Below, piece by piece: positions 10,410 through 19,626 of a stretch of DNA of 64,000 bases. The stretch spans positions 44,427-108,426 of the forward strand of contig CAJPJR010000002.1 of NCBI GenBank assembly GCA_905369775.1, in the 5' to 3' direction. Position 1 is the first letter of the stretch. Each line of letters opens with the position of its first letter. The stretch comes from Prevotellaceae bacterium UBA1746. GTDB taxonomy: Bacteria > Bacteroidota > Bacteroidia > Bacteroidales > Bacteroidaceae. Below the pieces are notes generated by a model. That model saw only the letters and a list, made by a program, of their open reading frames with translations. It was not told the DNA's origin and made no database searches. The translations under genes and the position numbers were made by a program.

Positions 10410-10417
10410 ATACCTTT
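10410..10417 (+). promoter_or_regulatory. -7 promoter box TACCTTTG upstream of the first T9SS cargo gene
   Basis: The nonamer TACCTTTGC is identical to the one at 5113; about 115 nt upstream of ATG 10533 within an AT-rich leader. Confidence 0.35.
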
Positions 10418-10532
10418 GCCACGAAAACAGAGCAGAACCTGAGAGAAATCGCCCTCCGCCGGGCGATAACTGCGGGATTTCCGCCCATTTCTCGTAAATC
10501 ATCAATTCAATCGTATAATTCATAAAGCAAAA

Positions 10533-12257
10533 ATGCAGATGAAAAAAAATTACTTACTGCTTTTCTTCATCGCCCTACTCTTCGGGATCGGCACACTCCC
10601 CGGGAGAGCTGATGGAAATAGTGGCATCGATGTAAATTTAGAGTACCACTTCAAAATAGGCAATGGCTACATAAAGAAAAATGGAGCTAGTTTTGATTGT
10701 GTTGCAGACAAGTCGCAAGCTACCGTAATGAAATTTTCTGCCATGAGCAGTGGAACGTCTGTTAAGTTCGGCCCATACATAAACAACAAGTACACAGCTA
10801 TAAGGTATGACAAGAAAGGGAAATTTAGCATAATCGGTAATGACACATTTGAATATGTCACGATTTCCGGAAAGCATTACCTCAAAGCTACAGCTTACGA
10901 TCTCGGATATCTTACAAACGAGAATGGAAAGCTTGTTTTTAAACCTACGGCAACTCCTAATGCAGTTTTCGAGTTTGAGAATAAGAACGGTGATAATTCC
11001 GCAGCAGTCGCTAAGGGTAAAGAGCTAATGAAGACTTTTGCCATGTTTCAATGTATGCAGCACTCCGAAACTGGCGTAGGCGTAATCCGTAATCAATCTC
11101 CCTTAGTGGGCAATGGCTTGGGACAATACCCACTTCCCACATTCAAGGACTGGAAATACACCACAGACAATATGTTCTTGGATGTACATGATAATTTTGC
11201 TCCGGCTACAGTTGACAGTGACATAAGAAATCTGGAAGGTGCAATCAATGCACTAAAAATAACTCCGGTGACAAGCGGATATGTGTACATTACCACAAAA
11301 TCTAAATACGAGCAAGCCATTCGTGACACGACTTCCGGTCCAGGCCATTCGCAGCTTCCTGTAAATGATCAATTGGTTGGTCCCTCTCTGCCCGCGAAAT
11401 ACCTGAAAGCCTCGGATAGGGGCTACACGCTCACGGACAATAAGAGCGAAGCCGCCGTGTTCTACTTCGACGGACAGCACCTTACCGGAATTGACAACGG
11501 TTTCGGACTCGGAACGCCCAGCTACACGCAGACAGAGAATGATCAGAAAGCCGTTATCGCGCAAGGTAAGCTCGAAAAGACCCTCGATGCCGGCAGCTAC
11601 AGCCTCAAAGTGGGCGACAAGTTCGTGAAACTCGACCGCGACAACGGACTCATCCTCTCCACCAGCGAATCGGACAGCCACCTCTTCCTCGAAGAAGCCA
11701 CGAAGTTCACGCTCAACACCGACGAACTCGGCTACATCTCCTTCTTCGCCCCCACCGCAGTGAAAGTACCCGCAGGCGTTGAAGTATATAGCGGAAATAT
11801 CAATGCACAAAACAGCGTGATCACCTTCAACAAGGTAAACACGCAGGAGATTCCCGCCAAAACCGCCGTACTGCTCCGCAAGGTTACAGGTAAGGGCTCC
11901 TTCGAGGTTGAGAAAATCGCCTCTACGACTTCTACTATCGGCAACAACTCCCTCAAAGGCTACACCGTTTCGTCGAGCGATCACCTCAGCAATGCATACG
12001 GTCTCACCGTCGAAAATAACAAACTCGTCTTCAAGCCCTTGACACAAGGCGTCCGTGCCTTCCGCGCTGTCATCTACAGCAACACTGCCGCCGGTGCTCC
12101 CGCCTACTACCCCACTGCTTTTACCCCCGAAGGCATCCAGGGCGTAACCGTTGACGACAATCAGGCAGAAGTCTTCGACCTCGCCGGACGTCGTGTGGAA
12201 GCTCCTGTCAAAGGACAGGTCTACGTCAAGAACGGAAAGAAGTTCATCCAAAAATAA
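10533..12257 (+). CDS. secreted T9SS cargo protein, paralog A (signal peptide plus Por C-terminal sorting domain); N-terminal half is AT-rich
   Basis: MQMKKNYLLLFFIALLFGIGTLPGRADG signal peptide; C-terminus ...VFDLAGRRVEAPVKGQVYVKNGKKFIQK. The internal block GYISFFAPTAVKVPAGVEVY...IPAKTAVLLRK is shared with paralog B. Confidence 0.8.
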   Translation: MQMKKNYLLLFFIALLFGIGTLPGRADGNSGIDVNLEYHFKIGNGYIKKNGASFDCVADKSQATVMKFSAMSSGTSVKFGPYINNKYTAIRYDKKGKFSIIGNDTFEYVTISGKHYLKATAYDLGYLTNENGKLVFKPTATPNAVFEFENKNGDNSAAVAKGKELMKTFAMFQCMQHSETGVGVIRNQSPLVGNGLGQYPLPTFKDWKYTTDNMFLDVHDNFAPATVDSDIRNLEGAINALKITPVTSGYVYITTKSKYEQAIRDTTSGPGHSQLPVNDQLVGPSLPAKYLKASDRGYTLTDNKSEAAVFYFDGQHLTGIDNGFGLGTPSYTQTENDQKAVIAQGKLEKTLDAGSYSLKVGDKFVKLDRDNGLILSTSESDSHLFLEEATKFTLNTDELGYISFFAPTAVKVPAGVEVYSGNINAQNSVITFNKVNTQEIPAKTAVLLRKVTGKGSFEVEKIASTTSTIGNNSLKGYTVSSSDHLSNAYGLTVENNKLVFKPLTQGVRAFRAVIYSNTAAGAPAYYPTAFTPEGIQGVTVDDNQAEVFDLAGRRVEAPVKGQVYVKNGKKFIQK

Positions 12258-12277
12258 GCACAGACACATCTCAAAAT

Positions 12278-12442
12278 ATGAAACAGTATTCTGCACCTCA
12301 GGTAAAGGATGTCGTTCTTCACACGGAGCATGTCATGCTCGACGCCTCTAAAGGAAACGGAAGCATGACACCCGGACAGCAGCACACCACAGAAAAGCAG
12401 CTTGGCAACGACATTTGGAACGACAGCGAAGAAGAACAATAA
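12278..12442 (+). CDS. small acidic protein (54 aa), paralog of the ORF at 14577; not in the supplied ORF track
   Basis: Sits 20 nt after the cargo A stop. MKQYSAPQVKDVVLHTEHVMLDASKGNGSMTPGQQHTTEKQLGNDIWNDSEEEQ; followed by a terminator. It shares MKxYxxPx[LV]x[DE][FV]xLHxEx[IV]M and N[DP]IW[NG]D[DS]E with the 14577 ORF. Confidence 0.45.
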   Translation: MKQYSAPQVKDVVLHTEHVMLDASKGNGSMTPGQQHTTEKQLGNDIWNDSEEEQ

Positions 12443-12484
12443 AAACATCGCGCGTTACCAACGCACACTTACGCGAAACACTTA

Positions 12485-12525
12485 AAAAAGCGCCCGCTCA
12501 CCACAAGGTGACGGGCGTTTTTTTG
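12485..12525 (+). terminator. intrinsic terminator after the small acidic ORF
   Basis: gcccg(c)tcacc-acaa-ggtgacgggc with one bulged base, followed by ttttttt. Confidence 0.6.
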
Positions 12526-12924
12526 TGCCCCTACCGCACCCGCGCCGCGCATTTTTCCCTCGATCGCCTCACGCGCTTGGGCAAAACACAAAAAGTCCCC
12601 AACTTTTGGTTGCATTTCAGCTTTTCATGCGGAAATGATAGGCGAGAACAAGCAAAACACGTCATTTTTCAAAACAAATCCTACTTCACCGGCAAATTAC
12701 TTGGCATTTTGCTAAGGAAAAACTACATTCGCAATGTGTTGACGCCCTGAACGGCACAACAGCCCCACTTCGTGTTGCGAAAAATGCCATCAGCGGTAGA
12801 CACCGGTCCACTTCCGCTGCGATCTATCCCAGCCATCGAAGAGCGCTTGCCATCGAGCCGCATCAACACCCCAACCGCCGGGCGAAAGCCCCCAACCGTG
12901 ACCACATCGACCTAATCCATCCAC

Positions 12925-14562
12925 ATGAAACAACTCTACAAACTCTTCGCCTGCACCCTCTTCGCGGCAGGAGCCTGCGTTGGCGCGGCGGCACAACAGC
13001 TGCCCTTCAACGAAAGCGACACTTACTTCGTCAAAGTCGGCAACCCCGCCGATGGGAAAAACGGCTACATCCACTACAACCCCGAAGGCAATTACTTCGA
13101 TCTCGTCACTTCCAAATGGGAAGCCGACCCCGTCCACTTCCATATCGCGGGCAACGAATTCCAACTCGTCTACATCGGTGACGGCAGTGTGACCCTCGGC
13201 GCCGACAACTCCGACAATGGCACACGCCCCGGCGCAGCCGAAGGAAACGGCATGAAGTTCACGCTCGAAAAGAAAGGAGAAGTACTCAACTTCCGCTCCA
13301 CTATCGGTGCGAAAGGGTATCTCAACAACTATGCCGAGCAGGGAAAGCTCGCATTCTGGCAGGCCAACGGACCGGGATCCACCGTCGTCGTCGAAAAAGC
13401 CGATTACCAAACCCTCTACAACGAGGCCAAAGCCCAGTTCAAGCGCTACGCCGAAAACAATCATCTCTTCGGCACCACCGTAGGCACCTATTCTCGCCCC
13501 GGCAATCTGCAAGCCGCCATGAATGCCTACAACAACCCGCCCACCCAACCGCAGAAATACCAAGAAGAATTCAACAAACTGCGAGTCGCCCTCCGACAGA
13601 TTCATCTCAACATGCCCCAAGCAGGCGAATTCTTCCGCATCCGTTCCACAGCCGCCGGGCAAAGATTCCTCAGCATCGCCCCCGGCACGAACGGCATCCT
13701 CAAGGTGGTGCCCACAGCCGACGAACAAACGCTCTTCTACTACGACGGAGAGCACCTCACAGCCTACGCCACCGGCCAAGGATTGGCCAACGAAGCCAAC
13801 AATGTCAAGCCCGCCACCCTCGGCGACGCCGTGAATCGGGCCAGCTTCGCCGAAGGACGCGGCGACGGCACCTACTTAGTCACCACCGGCGACCGCACCC
13901 TCCTCTTCCGCGGCAACGAAGAAGTGACCCGCAGCGGGATGAACATGCCCAAAAGTTGGCCGGCGCAATACCTCGACCTCGTGCCCGTCGACGAAATTTC
14001 CCTCCACATCGGCGAAACCGGCTATGCCACCTTCTTTGCGCACCAAGCCATGAAGCTCAACGACTCGAGTGTCAAGATCTACGTGGCCGAACGCAACGGT
14101 ACAAACAGCTTGCAACTCACCGAACTCACCAAGGGAATCATTCCGGCCGCCACGGCTGTGATCCTCAAGGCCGACGGAGCGAAGACCCTCACCCTCTCGC
14201 GCACCGATGAAAAGGGCGATACGGAGAAAACCACCCACAACGTACTCAAAGGCTACGGCTATTCGCAACGAGCCACTGCAGGCAAAGCCGTGTATGCCCT
14301 CGCCCTCAATCCCGAAAACAACAAGGTCGAATTCGGAAAACTCGACGACGGCGTAGTGCTCCCCGCATTCAAAGCGTGCATCGAGCAGGATCCGGCCGCA
14401 GGCAACGCCGCCCCGCTCTTCATCGCCCTGCCCACGGCCGTACAACAGGCGAAGCGCTCAACTGTAGCTCCCGCCACCTACGACCTCAGCGGACGCCGTG
14501 TGCAACAAACCGCCAAAGGCCAACTCTACGTCCGCAACGGCCAAAAATTCGTTCAGCAATAA
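12925..14562 (+). CDS. secreted T9SS cargo protein, paralog B
   Basis: Signal peptide MKQLYKLFACTLFAAGACVGAAAQQ; C-terminal ...TYDLSGRRVQQTAKGQLYVRNGQKFVQQ. Blocks shared with paralog A: FYYDGEHLT/FYFDGQHLT, GYATFFAHQ.../GYISFFAPT..., IPAATAVILK/IPAKTAVLLRK, NVLKGY/NSLKGY. Confidence 0.8.
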   Translation: MKQLYKLFACTLFAAGACVGAAAQQLPFNESDTYFVKVGNPADGKNGYIHYNPEGNYFDLVTSKWEADPVHFHIAGNEFQLVYIGDGSVTLGADNSDNGTRPGAAEGNGMKFTLEKKGEVLNFRSTIGAKGYLNNYAEQGKLAFWQANGPGSTVVVEKADYQTLYNEAKAQFKRYAENNHLFGTTVGTYSRPGNLQAAMNAYNNPPTQPQKYQEEFNKLRVALRQIHLNMPQAGEFFRIRSTAAGQRFLSIAPGTNGILKVVPTADEQTLFYYDGEHLTAYATGQGLANEANNVKPATLGDAVNRASFAEGRGDGTYLVTTGDRTLLFRGNEEVTRSGMNMPKSWPAQYLDLVPVDEISLHIGETGYATFFAHQAMKLNDSSVKIYVAERNGTNSLQLTELTKGIIPAATAVILKADGAKTLTLSRTDEKGDTEKTTHNVLKGYGYSQRATAGKAVYALALNPENNKVEFGKLDDGVVLPAFKACIEQDPAAGNAAPLFIALPTAVQQAKRSTVAPATYDLSGRRVQQTAKGQLYVRNGQKFVQQ

Positions 14563-14576
14563 AACATCATCACCGC

Positions 14577-14786
14577 ATGAAATCCTATACTACTCCCCGC
14601 CTCGAGGAATTCCAACTCCACGGCGAACCCATCATGGGCCTGACTTCCTTGAAAATGAACTCCAGTTTCCGCGTCCAGCAAAACAACCCTGTGCTCACCA
14701 ACGAGGAATTTGTCAATCCCATCTGGGGCGATGACGAATCGGCCGACGACGACAACAGCTCTCTCGGCGAATTTTCAGGCTTCTAA
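14577..14786 (+). CDS. small acidic protein (69 aa), paralog of the ORF at 12278
   Basis: Sits 14 nt after the cargo B stop. MKSYTTPRLEEFQLHGEPIMGLTSLKMNSSFRVQQNNPVLTNEEFVNPIWGDDESADDDNSSLGEFSGF. It is the in-frame C-terminal portion of the listed ORF 14376..14786. Confidence 0.5.
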   Translation: MKSYTTPRLEEFQLHGEPIMGLTSLKMNSSFRVQQNNPVLTNEEFVNPIWGDDESADDDNSSLGEFSGF

Positions 14787-15357
14787 CGCCCTACCCCCTC
14801 TTCTCCGCATGCAGCATTCCGCGCTCCGTCGCCGGACAACCCCTGCAGTCATGCGGCATCGTGTCGAAGCGGCGAAGAGTTCCGCCTCACCTCGGCCTCC
14901 CGTTTCCTTCAACGGCTCAGACAGTCACCGGACTGTCCGAGCCGTTTTTTGTTTCTCCGCCGCAACCGGTCGTCCCCTTCGTCGCTTTTGCCGACGCGTC
15001 GCAGCAATTACCGCCGGAACCGTCACTGCCGCCTCGCAGCAGGCACAGCGCAACAATCCATTCGGCAGCAGCTCCTCCCGGTGCCTGCGGTGCGAACGGC
15101 CACGACCGAAAACGACGCCACGTCGCCCATCCATCGCGAAGCAGACGCGAAGTGCCGCCGGAAAAAGGGGGGCATCGGACGGAAACACACCCACTTTTTC
15201 GTGATTTCCCGCAACTTTTTCGAGCAAGTCCCCGTGCACAGCCCAATGCACCCCGACAACGCCCACGATCAGTCCGCCCCACAGCGTCTTTGCGGGCGAA
15301 AACACCATCCGCCCTCACGTTTTTTGCCTTCAGATTTGCATCTTTGCCCATTCCTCC

Positions 15358-15365
15358 CTATCTTT
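15358..15365 (+). promoter_or_regulatory. -7 promoter box TATCTTTG immediately upstream of the small His/Cys-rich membrane protein
   Basis: TAnnTTTG consensus. It is preceded by a cluster of TTTGC repeats (ttttttgcc, gatttgcat, atctttgcc, atctttgcg). Confidence 0.35.
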
Positions 15366-15375
15366 GCGGCAATAC

Positions 15376-15858
15376 ATGTCCGCAAAACTTCGCACCCTCC
15401 GTCGTCAAGTGGCCTTGGCTTGGATTCTTCTCCTCGCCCTGCTGCCGCAATTGGTGGTGAAAACCTTTCACTACCACGACAGCGCGGTGCCAACGGAGCA
15501 CATCGGCCTCAACGCCGACGGACAAGGCGCCGAGTGCATCGCCTGCCTCCGCGCCACCGCAGCCGCCACCGCCCGCGATGGGCAGCACGCGGGCGAAAAC
15601 GGCACACCCGCGCCCGCCCTCGCGCACCGAACGCACCGCCCATGCCATCGGCACCACCATTTGCCGGGGCAAGTGCCCGGCGACAAGCACGACAATTGCA
15701 GCATCTGCCATTTCGTGCCCGCCCCCTGCACCGTGCCCACGCTGCCTCAATTTTGCTTTTTCGTTTCCACCGCGGAAACACCCTTTCTTTCCGATCAACC
15801 CTCGATCGCTCACACGGTGATTGCTCGCGCAGTGCTGCGCGGCCCACCGACTGTCTGA
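15376..15858 (+). CDS. small membrane-anchored His/Cys-rich protein (160 aa), DUF2946-like; putative metal-binding partner of the downstream TonB-dependent receptor
   Basis: MSAKLRTLRRQVALAWILLLALLPQLVV gives a basic stretch plus a transmembrane helix. After it come HYHD, ECIACL, CHRHHH, CSICHF and PC, a layout typical of DUF2946 proteins found next to TonB-dependent metal receptors. The listed ORF starts at TTG 15364; ATG 15376 is preferred. Confidence 0.45.
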   Translation: MSAKLRTLRRQVALAWILLLALLPQLVVKTFHYHDSAVPTEHIGLNADGQGAECIACLRATAAATARDGQHAGENGTPAPALAHRTHRPCHRHHHLPGQVPGDKHDNCSICHFVPAPCTVPTLPQFCFFVSTAETPFLSDQPSIAHTVIARAVLRGPPTV

Positions 15859-16391
15859 TTTTTTCTCCCCGATTTTCTTTTTTTTCTCGTCGGCGAGCGC
15901 CCATTCCATCGAGTAGATACACCCGATGGCCTCCGATCGTTCCTGCACCCGCAACCGTCTCATGCCGGTTGGGGTTCGCCTCCCTACATCAAGGGAGTTC
16001 ACACGCAGGCCGTGCAGCTCTCGGTGCCTCCACGGCAGTGCTCCCCTCCTCGCTACGGGTTTTCGCTCGGAGCGTCGGTCGGGCGCAGTGTCCGCACGGT
16101 TGCACCGGTTCAGACCGGCACACCACGACTGACCGACTCCGCAACAGGCGTTGCCTTGTGGCGAAAGCGCACCCCGTCACGGCGGTTTCATCGACCGCCA
16201 CCGGCTGTTTGCTCACGATTCGCCCCTCTGCCGCACGCCCGCCGCAGCATTTCTCCGCCGCAGCGGTGCCTTTGCGCACGGCACGCCAACGGCCCGTCCC
16301 CCGCGCCCGCCGACAGCACATTCCCTTTCCCGGTCTCCGCAGCCCCCGGCGCAGCGGAGCCCCTTCATCCATCGTTTTCTCTCTCATTCCC

Positions 16392-18722
16392 ATGTCCAAA
16401 ATCCTTTTCCCGGGGCTGTTGCTGAGCGCAGCCGTGGTGATTCCCGCCACCACCCGCGCCGCCGAACCCCAACCCGTGGGCGCACCGCGCCTGCTCGTCA
16501 CCGACCGCGACAGCGGTCTCCCCGTTTCGGGTGCCGTGGTGCGCGGCGGCGGCAAAATCTGGCGCTCCGACGAGACCGGTCTGCTCGTGCTCACCGAAAA
16601 CGCCCTGCACGGCGACAGTCTCACGGTGAGTGCCGTGGGCTACACCGATCGGCGCGTCGCCACCGCCGAAGTGCGCAGCCACCGCCCCCTGCGCGTCGAA
16701 CTCATCGCCCTGACCAATCGCCTCAACGAGGCCGTGGTGCAAACCGGGCGCATCGTCCATTCGGTCAACACCGCCACCCAAAGTATTTCGGCGGCCGAGG
16801 TGCAGAAAAATCTGGGCAACTCTTTCGCTTCGGCCCTCGAACAAATCAAAGGCATGAGCATGGTGCAAACCGGTGCCACCATTGCCAAACCCGTTCTCCA
16901 CGGCATGTACGGCACGCGCCTACTCATCATGAACAACGGCGTGCGGCAACAGGGCCAACAGTGGGGCGTGGATCACGCGCCGGAGCTCGATGCCAACTCT
17001 GCCGGGCGCATCAATGTGGTGAAAGGCGCGGAAGCCGTGCGCTACGGCGCGGAGGCGCTCGGCGGCGTGATCCTGCTCGACGGCAAAGCCCTGCCCTACA
17101 CGCGTTCGCAACCCGAGGGCTATCTCTCCACGCTCTACGGCAGCAACGGCCGGCGCGCGGCACTGACCGGATCGGTCGATGCGGGCCTCCCCTTGGCGGG
17201 CGGTCGCGCAGCGTGGCGCCTACAAGGCACCTACCTCAACGGCGGCGACCGCTCCACTGCCCACTATCTGCTCAACAACACCGGCGTGCGCGAAGCCAAC
17301 GGCTCCGTGGCCTTCGGCTGGAAGCGCGACCGCTTCGAAGCCGACGGGTACTACAGCCTGTTTTCCACCCGCATCGGCGTGCTCTTCAGCGCTCAAATGG
17401 GCGACGAACAGCTCCTCCGCGAGCGTATCCGCCTCGGCCGCCCGACGGAATTCTACCCTTGGACGCGCCAAATCGACTACCCTTACCAGAAAGTGGTGCA
17501 CCAAGTGGCCAAACTCCACACGCGCTACACCCTCTCCTCGGGTGGGCATCTCGAGTGGCAGGCGGCCTTTCAGCACGACGACCGCCGAGAATTCAACCAG
17601 CGCCGCAATTTCCGCTCGCACGTGCCCACGCTCGACCTCCAATTGGAGAGTTTCCAAACCGACGGCCGTTGGCAGCAGTCGTATGCCGACCATTGGACCA
17701 CCGAGGCGGGGCTGTTCTATGCCAATGTCAAGAACACCAACACGCCGGGCACGGGCGTGGTGCCCATCATCCCGAACTACGTGCAGCAAAATGCCGGTGT
17801 GTTCGCCATTCAGAAGTATTCGGGCGACAATTGGGGGGCCGAAGCCGGTGCGCGGCTCGACCACCAGCGCCTCAACGCCCGCGGCATCGATCTCTACGGC
17901 CGCCCTTATGGGAAATTGGACCACTACAACAACCTCACTTACACCGTCGGCGCGCACGCGCACCTCTTGCCCGGGCTCGATGTTTTGAGCAATGTGGGAT
18001 CGGCCTGGCGCGCGCCGCACGTACATGAGTTGTACAGCAACGGCGTGGAGCACTCGAGCGGACTTTTTGCCCGCGGCGATGCCAACCTCCGCCCCGAGGT
18101 GAGCACCAAATGGATCACTTCGCTGCGCTATGCCGACCACGGTTTCACGGCCTCCGTCGACGGCTATGTGCAGTGGATCGACAACTATATTTTCGACGCG
18201 CCGACCTCCGAAGTCATCACGATGGTGTCGGGCGCCTACCCGGTTTTCCAATATCGTGCCACGGATGCCTTCTTCCGCGGGGTGGATGCCGAGGCCAAAT
18301 GGCAGATTTTGCCGCAACTCGCCGTGGAAGGCGGTGCCGCGTGGGTGCGGGCCGACGACCGCACGAAACAGCGCCCGTTGCCCTACATTCCGTCGTTTCG
18401 TGTCTCCGATGCCGTCACGCTCCAATTGGGCAGCATCTCGCACGTGCATGACGTCTATGTCAAGGCTTCGCACAAATATGTGGCGAAACAAACGCATTTC
18501 GATCCCGCCACCGACTTGATCAACTTCACGCCCGCGGCCTATCATCTTTTCGGCGCCGAGGTCGGTGCCAATTGGGTGCTGCCCGACGGTCGGAAGATCA
18601 AGTTTCTGCTCACGGCCGATAATCTTTTCAATCGCGAATACCGCGAATACACCAACCGCTTCCGCTACTACGCCCACGATCTCGGTCGTGACGTTCGCTT
18701 CATGCTCACTTGGGAGTTTTGA
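16392..18722 (+). CDS. TonB-dependent outer-membrane receptor with N-terminal carboxypeptidase-regulatory-like domain
   Basis: 776 aa beginning at the internal ATG of ORF 14949..18722. Signal peptide MSKILFPGLLLSAAVVIPATTRAAEP; CarbopepD-like LLVTDRDSGLPVSGAVV; plug region (NEAVVQTG...ISAAEVQK...); C-terminal TonB-box-partner beta-strand ending ...RDVRFMLTWEF. Confidence 0.9.
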   Translation: MSKILFPGLLLSAAVVIPATTRAAEPQPVGAPRLLVTDRDSGLPVSGAVVRGGGKIWRSDETGLLVLTENALHGDSLTVSAVGYTDRRVATAEVRSHRPLRVELIALTNRLNEAVVQTGRIVHSVNTATQSISAAEVQKNLGNSFASALEQIKGMSMVQTGATIAKPVLHGMYGTRLLIMNNGVRQQGQQWGVDHAPELDANSAGRINVVKGAEAVRYGAEALGGVILLDGKALPYTRSQPEGYLSTLYGSNGRRAALTGSVDAGLPLAGGRAAWRLQGTYLNGGDRSTAHYLLNNTGVREANGSVAFGWKRDRFEADGYYSLFSTRIGVLFSAQMGDEQLLRERIRLGRPTEFYPWTRQIDYPYQKVVHQVAKLHTRYTLSSGGHLEWQAAFQHDDRREFNQRRNFRSHVPTLDLQLESFQTDGRWQQSYADHWTTEAGLFYANVKNTNTPGTGVVPIIPNYVQQNAGVFAIQKYSGDNWGAEAGARLDHQRLNARGIDLYGRPYGKLDHYNNLTYTVGAHAHLLPGLDVLSNVGSAWRAPHVHELYSNGVEHSSGLFARGDANLRPEVSTKWITSLRYADHGFTASVDGYVQWIDNYIFDAPTSEVITMVSGAYPVFQYRATDAFFRGVDAEAKWQILPQLAVEGGAAWVRADDRTKQRPLPYIPSFRVSDAVTLQLGSISHVHDVYVKASHKYVAKQTHFDPATDLINFTPAAYHLFGAEVGANWVLPDGRKIKFLLTADNLFNREYREYTNRFRYYAHDLGRDVRFMLTWEF

Positions 18723-18790
18723 GTCCCCGCCGGCGCGCCTTCGCCGCCGGTCGGCTCTAAAAAGCTCCGTTTCATCGATCGTTACTCTCC

Positions 18791-19543
18791 ATGCGAAAAT
18801 CCTTTTCTCTCTTCCTCTTCTTCCTCCTCGGCTGTGCGACCCTGTTGCCCGCCGCTTGCTCGCTCGAACCCGAAGCACCGGTGGACGAACGCCGCAGCAA
18901 AGACCACGGCGACCCCACCCGTGTGGTGCTCACCCTGCGCCACGGTACGTGGGACGGCACGCATTTCACCCCCGAAACGGGCGAAACGGCCGACACCCGC
19001 GAACAGACCATCACCTATGCCCTGCAACCCGAATTGGGCTGGGCGCCGCTCTCGGGCACACCGGCCGGTTTCGTCGTGCGACGCGCCGAAGGGACGCAAC
19101 ATGCCTACGAGTTGCGCATCCGCTACTTCGACATTTCGGGCGAAGACATCACCCGGCAGTTTGTAGACAACGGGCAGGACAAAATCCACCAGCACTTTTT
19201 CATCCCCGATGCCGTGTACACGCCCGACAGCACCGCGCGTCCGGACGAGGCCCGCAGCAATCGCGTCTACACCTACACGTATGCCGACACCACCCCGTGG
19301 TACGACGAACTTTCCACTCCCGGCACGCGACTGACGGGCGATGTCAATCCGATTGGTTTCAAGGGCGTGCTGCAATTCAAGGAGGCGCGCGACTTGCACA
19401 TCTACATTCGCCTGATGCACGCCCGCGTTTCGAAATTCAACAAGCGCGACCACAGCCTTTCGCCCTTCTATGCGCCCACACCGGGGCAGCTGCAGGAGGA
19501 TGCGTGGGACATCGCCATGCGCTTCCCCGTGCAGTGTAGGTAA
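18791..19543 (+). CDS. lipoprotein, TonB-receptor-associated, paralog 1 (function unknown)
   Basis: Lipobox LLGCATLLPAACS. Shares IRYFDISGEDITRQFVDNGQDKIHQHFFIP, PIGFKG..QFK and SPFYAPTPGQL with the next gene. Confidence 0.75.
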   Translation: MRKSFSLFLFFLLGCATLLPAACSLEPEAPVDERRSKDHGDPTRVVLTLRHGTWDGTHFTPETGETADTREQTITYALQPELGWAPLSGTPAGFVVRRAEGTQHAYELRIRYFDISGEDITRQFVDNGQDKIHQHFFIPDAVYTPDSTARPDEARSNRVYTYTYADTTPWYDELSTPGTRLTGDVNPIGFKGVLQFKEARDLHIYIRLMHARVSKFNKRDHSLSPFYAPTPGQLQEDAWDIAMRFPVQCR

Positions 19544-19626
19544 GCCCCTCAGGATTTCGCCAAATACACGATTTCATCGGGTAGCCCACCCCATTCCGCA
19601 ATTATTCACCTCAAACATTCAGCCTT

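Noticed and set aside
15900-16390. Cobalamin (B12-box) or other riboswitch in the TBDR leader. Separately, a fluoride riboswitch near 5225-5290 before the small membrane protein.
   Set aside because: Only loose resemblances. GCCACCGGCTG does not match the B12 box GCCACTG. GGAGGATGGCC lacks the rest of the crcB motif (…GCUGAUG…CCUCUAC). Neither can be supported without covariance-model scoring.
14949-16391. The N-terminal 481 codons of the 1257-aa ORF fused to the TonB-dependent receptor.
   Set aside because: The translation is Pro/Arg/Ser-rich nonsense (…RRNRSSPSSLLPTRRSNYRRNRHCRLAAG…). Receptor homology, including a clear signal peptide, begins only at ATG 16392. The open frame upstream is a GC artefact.
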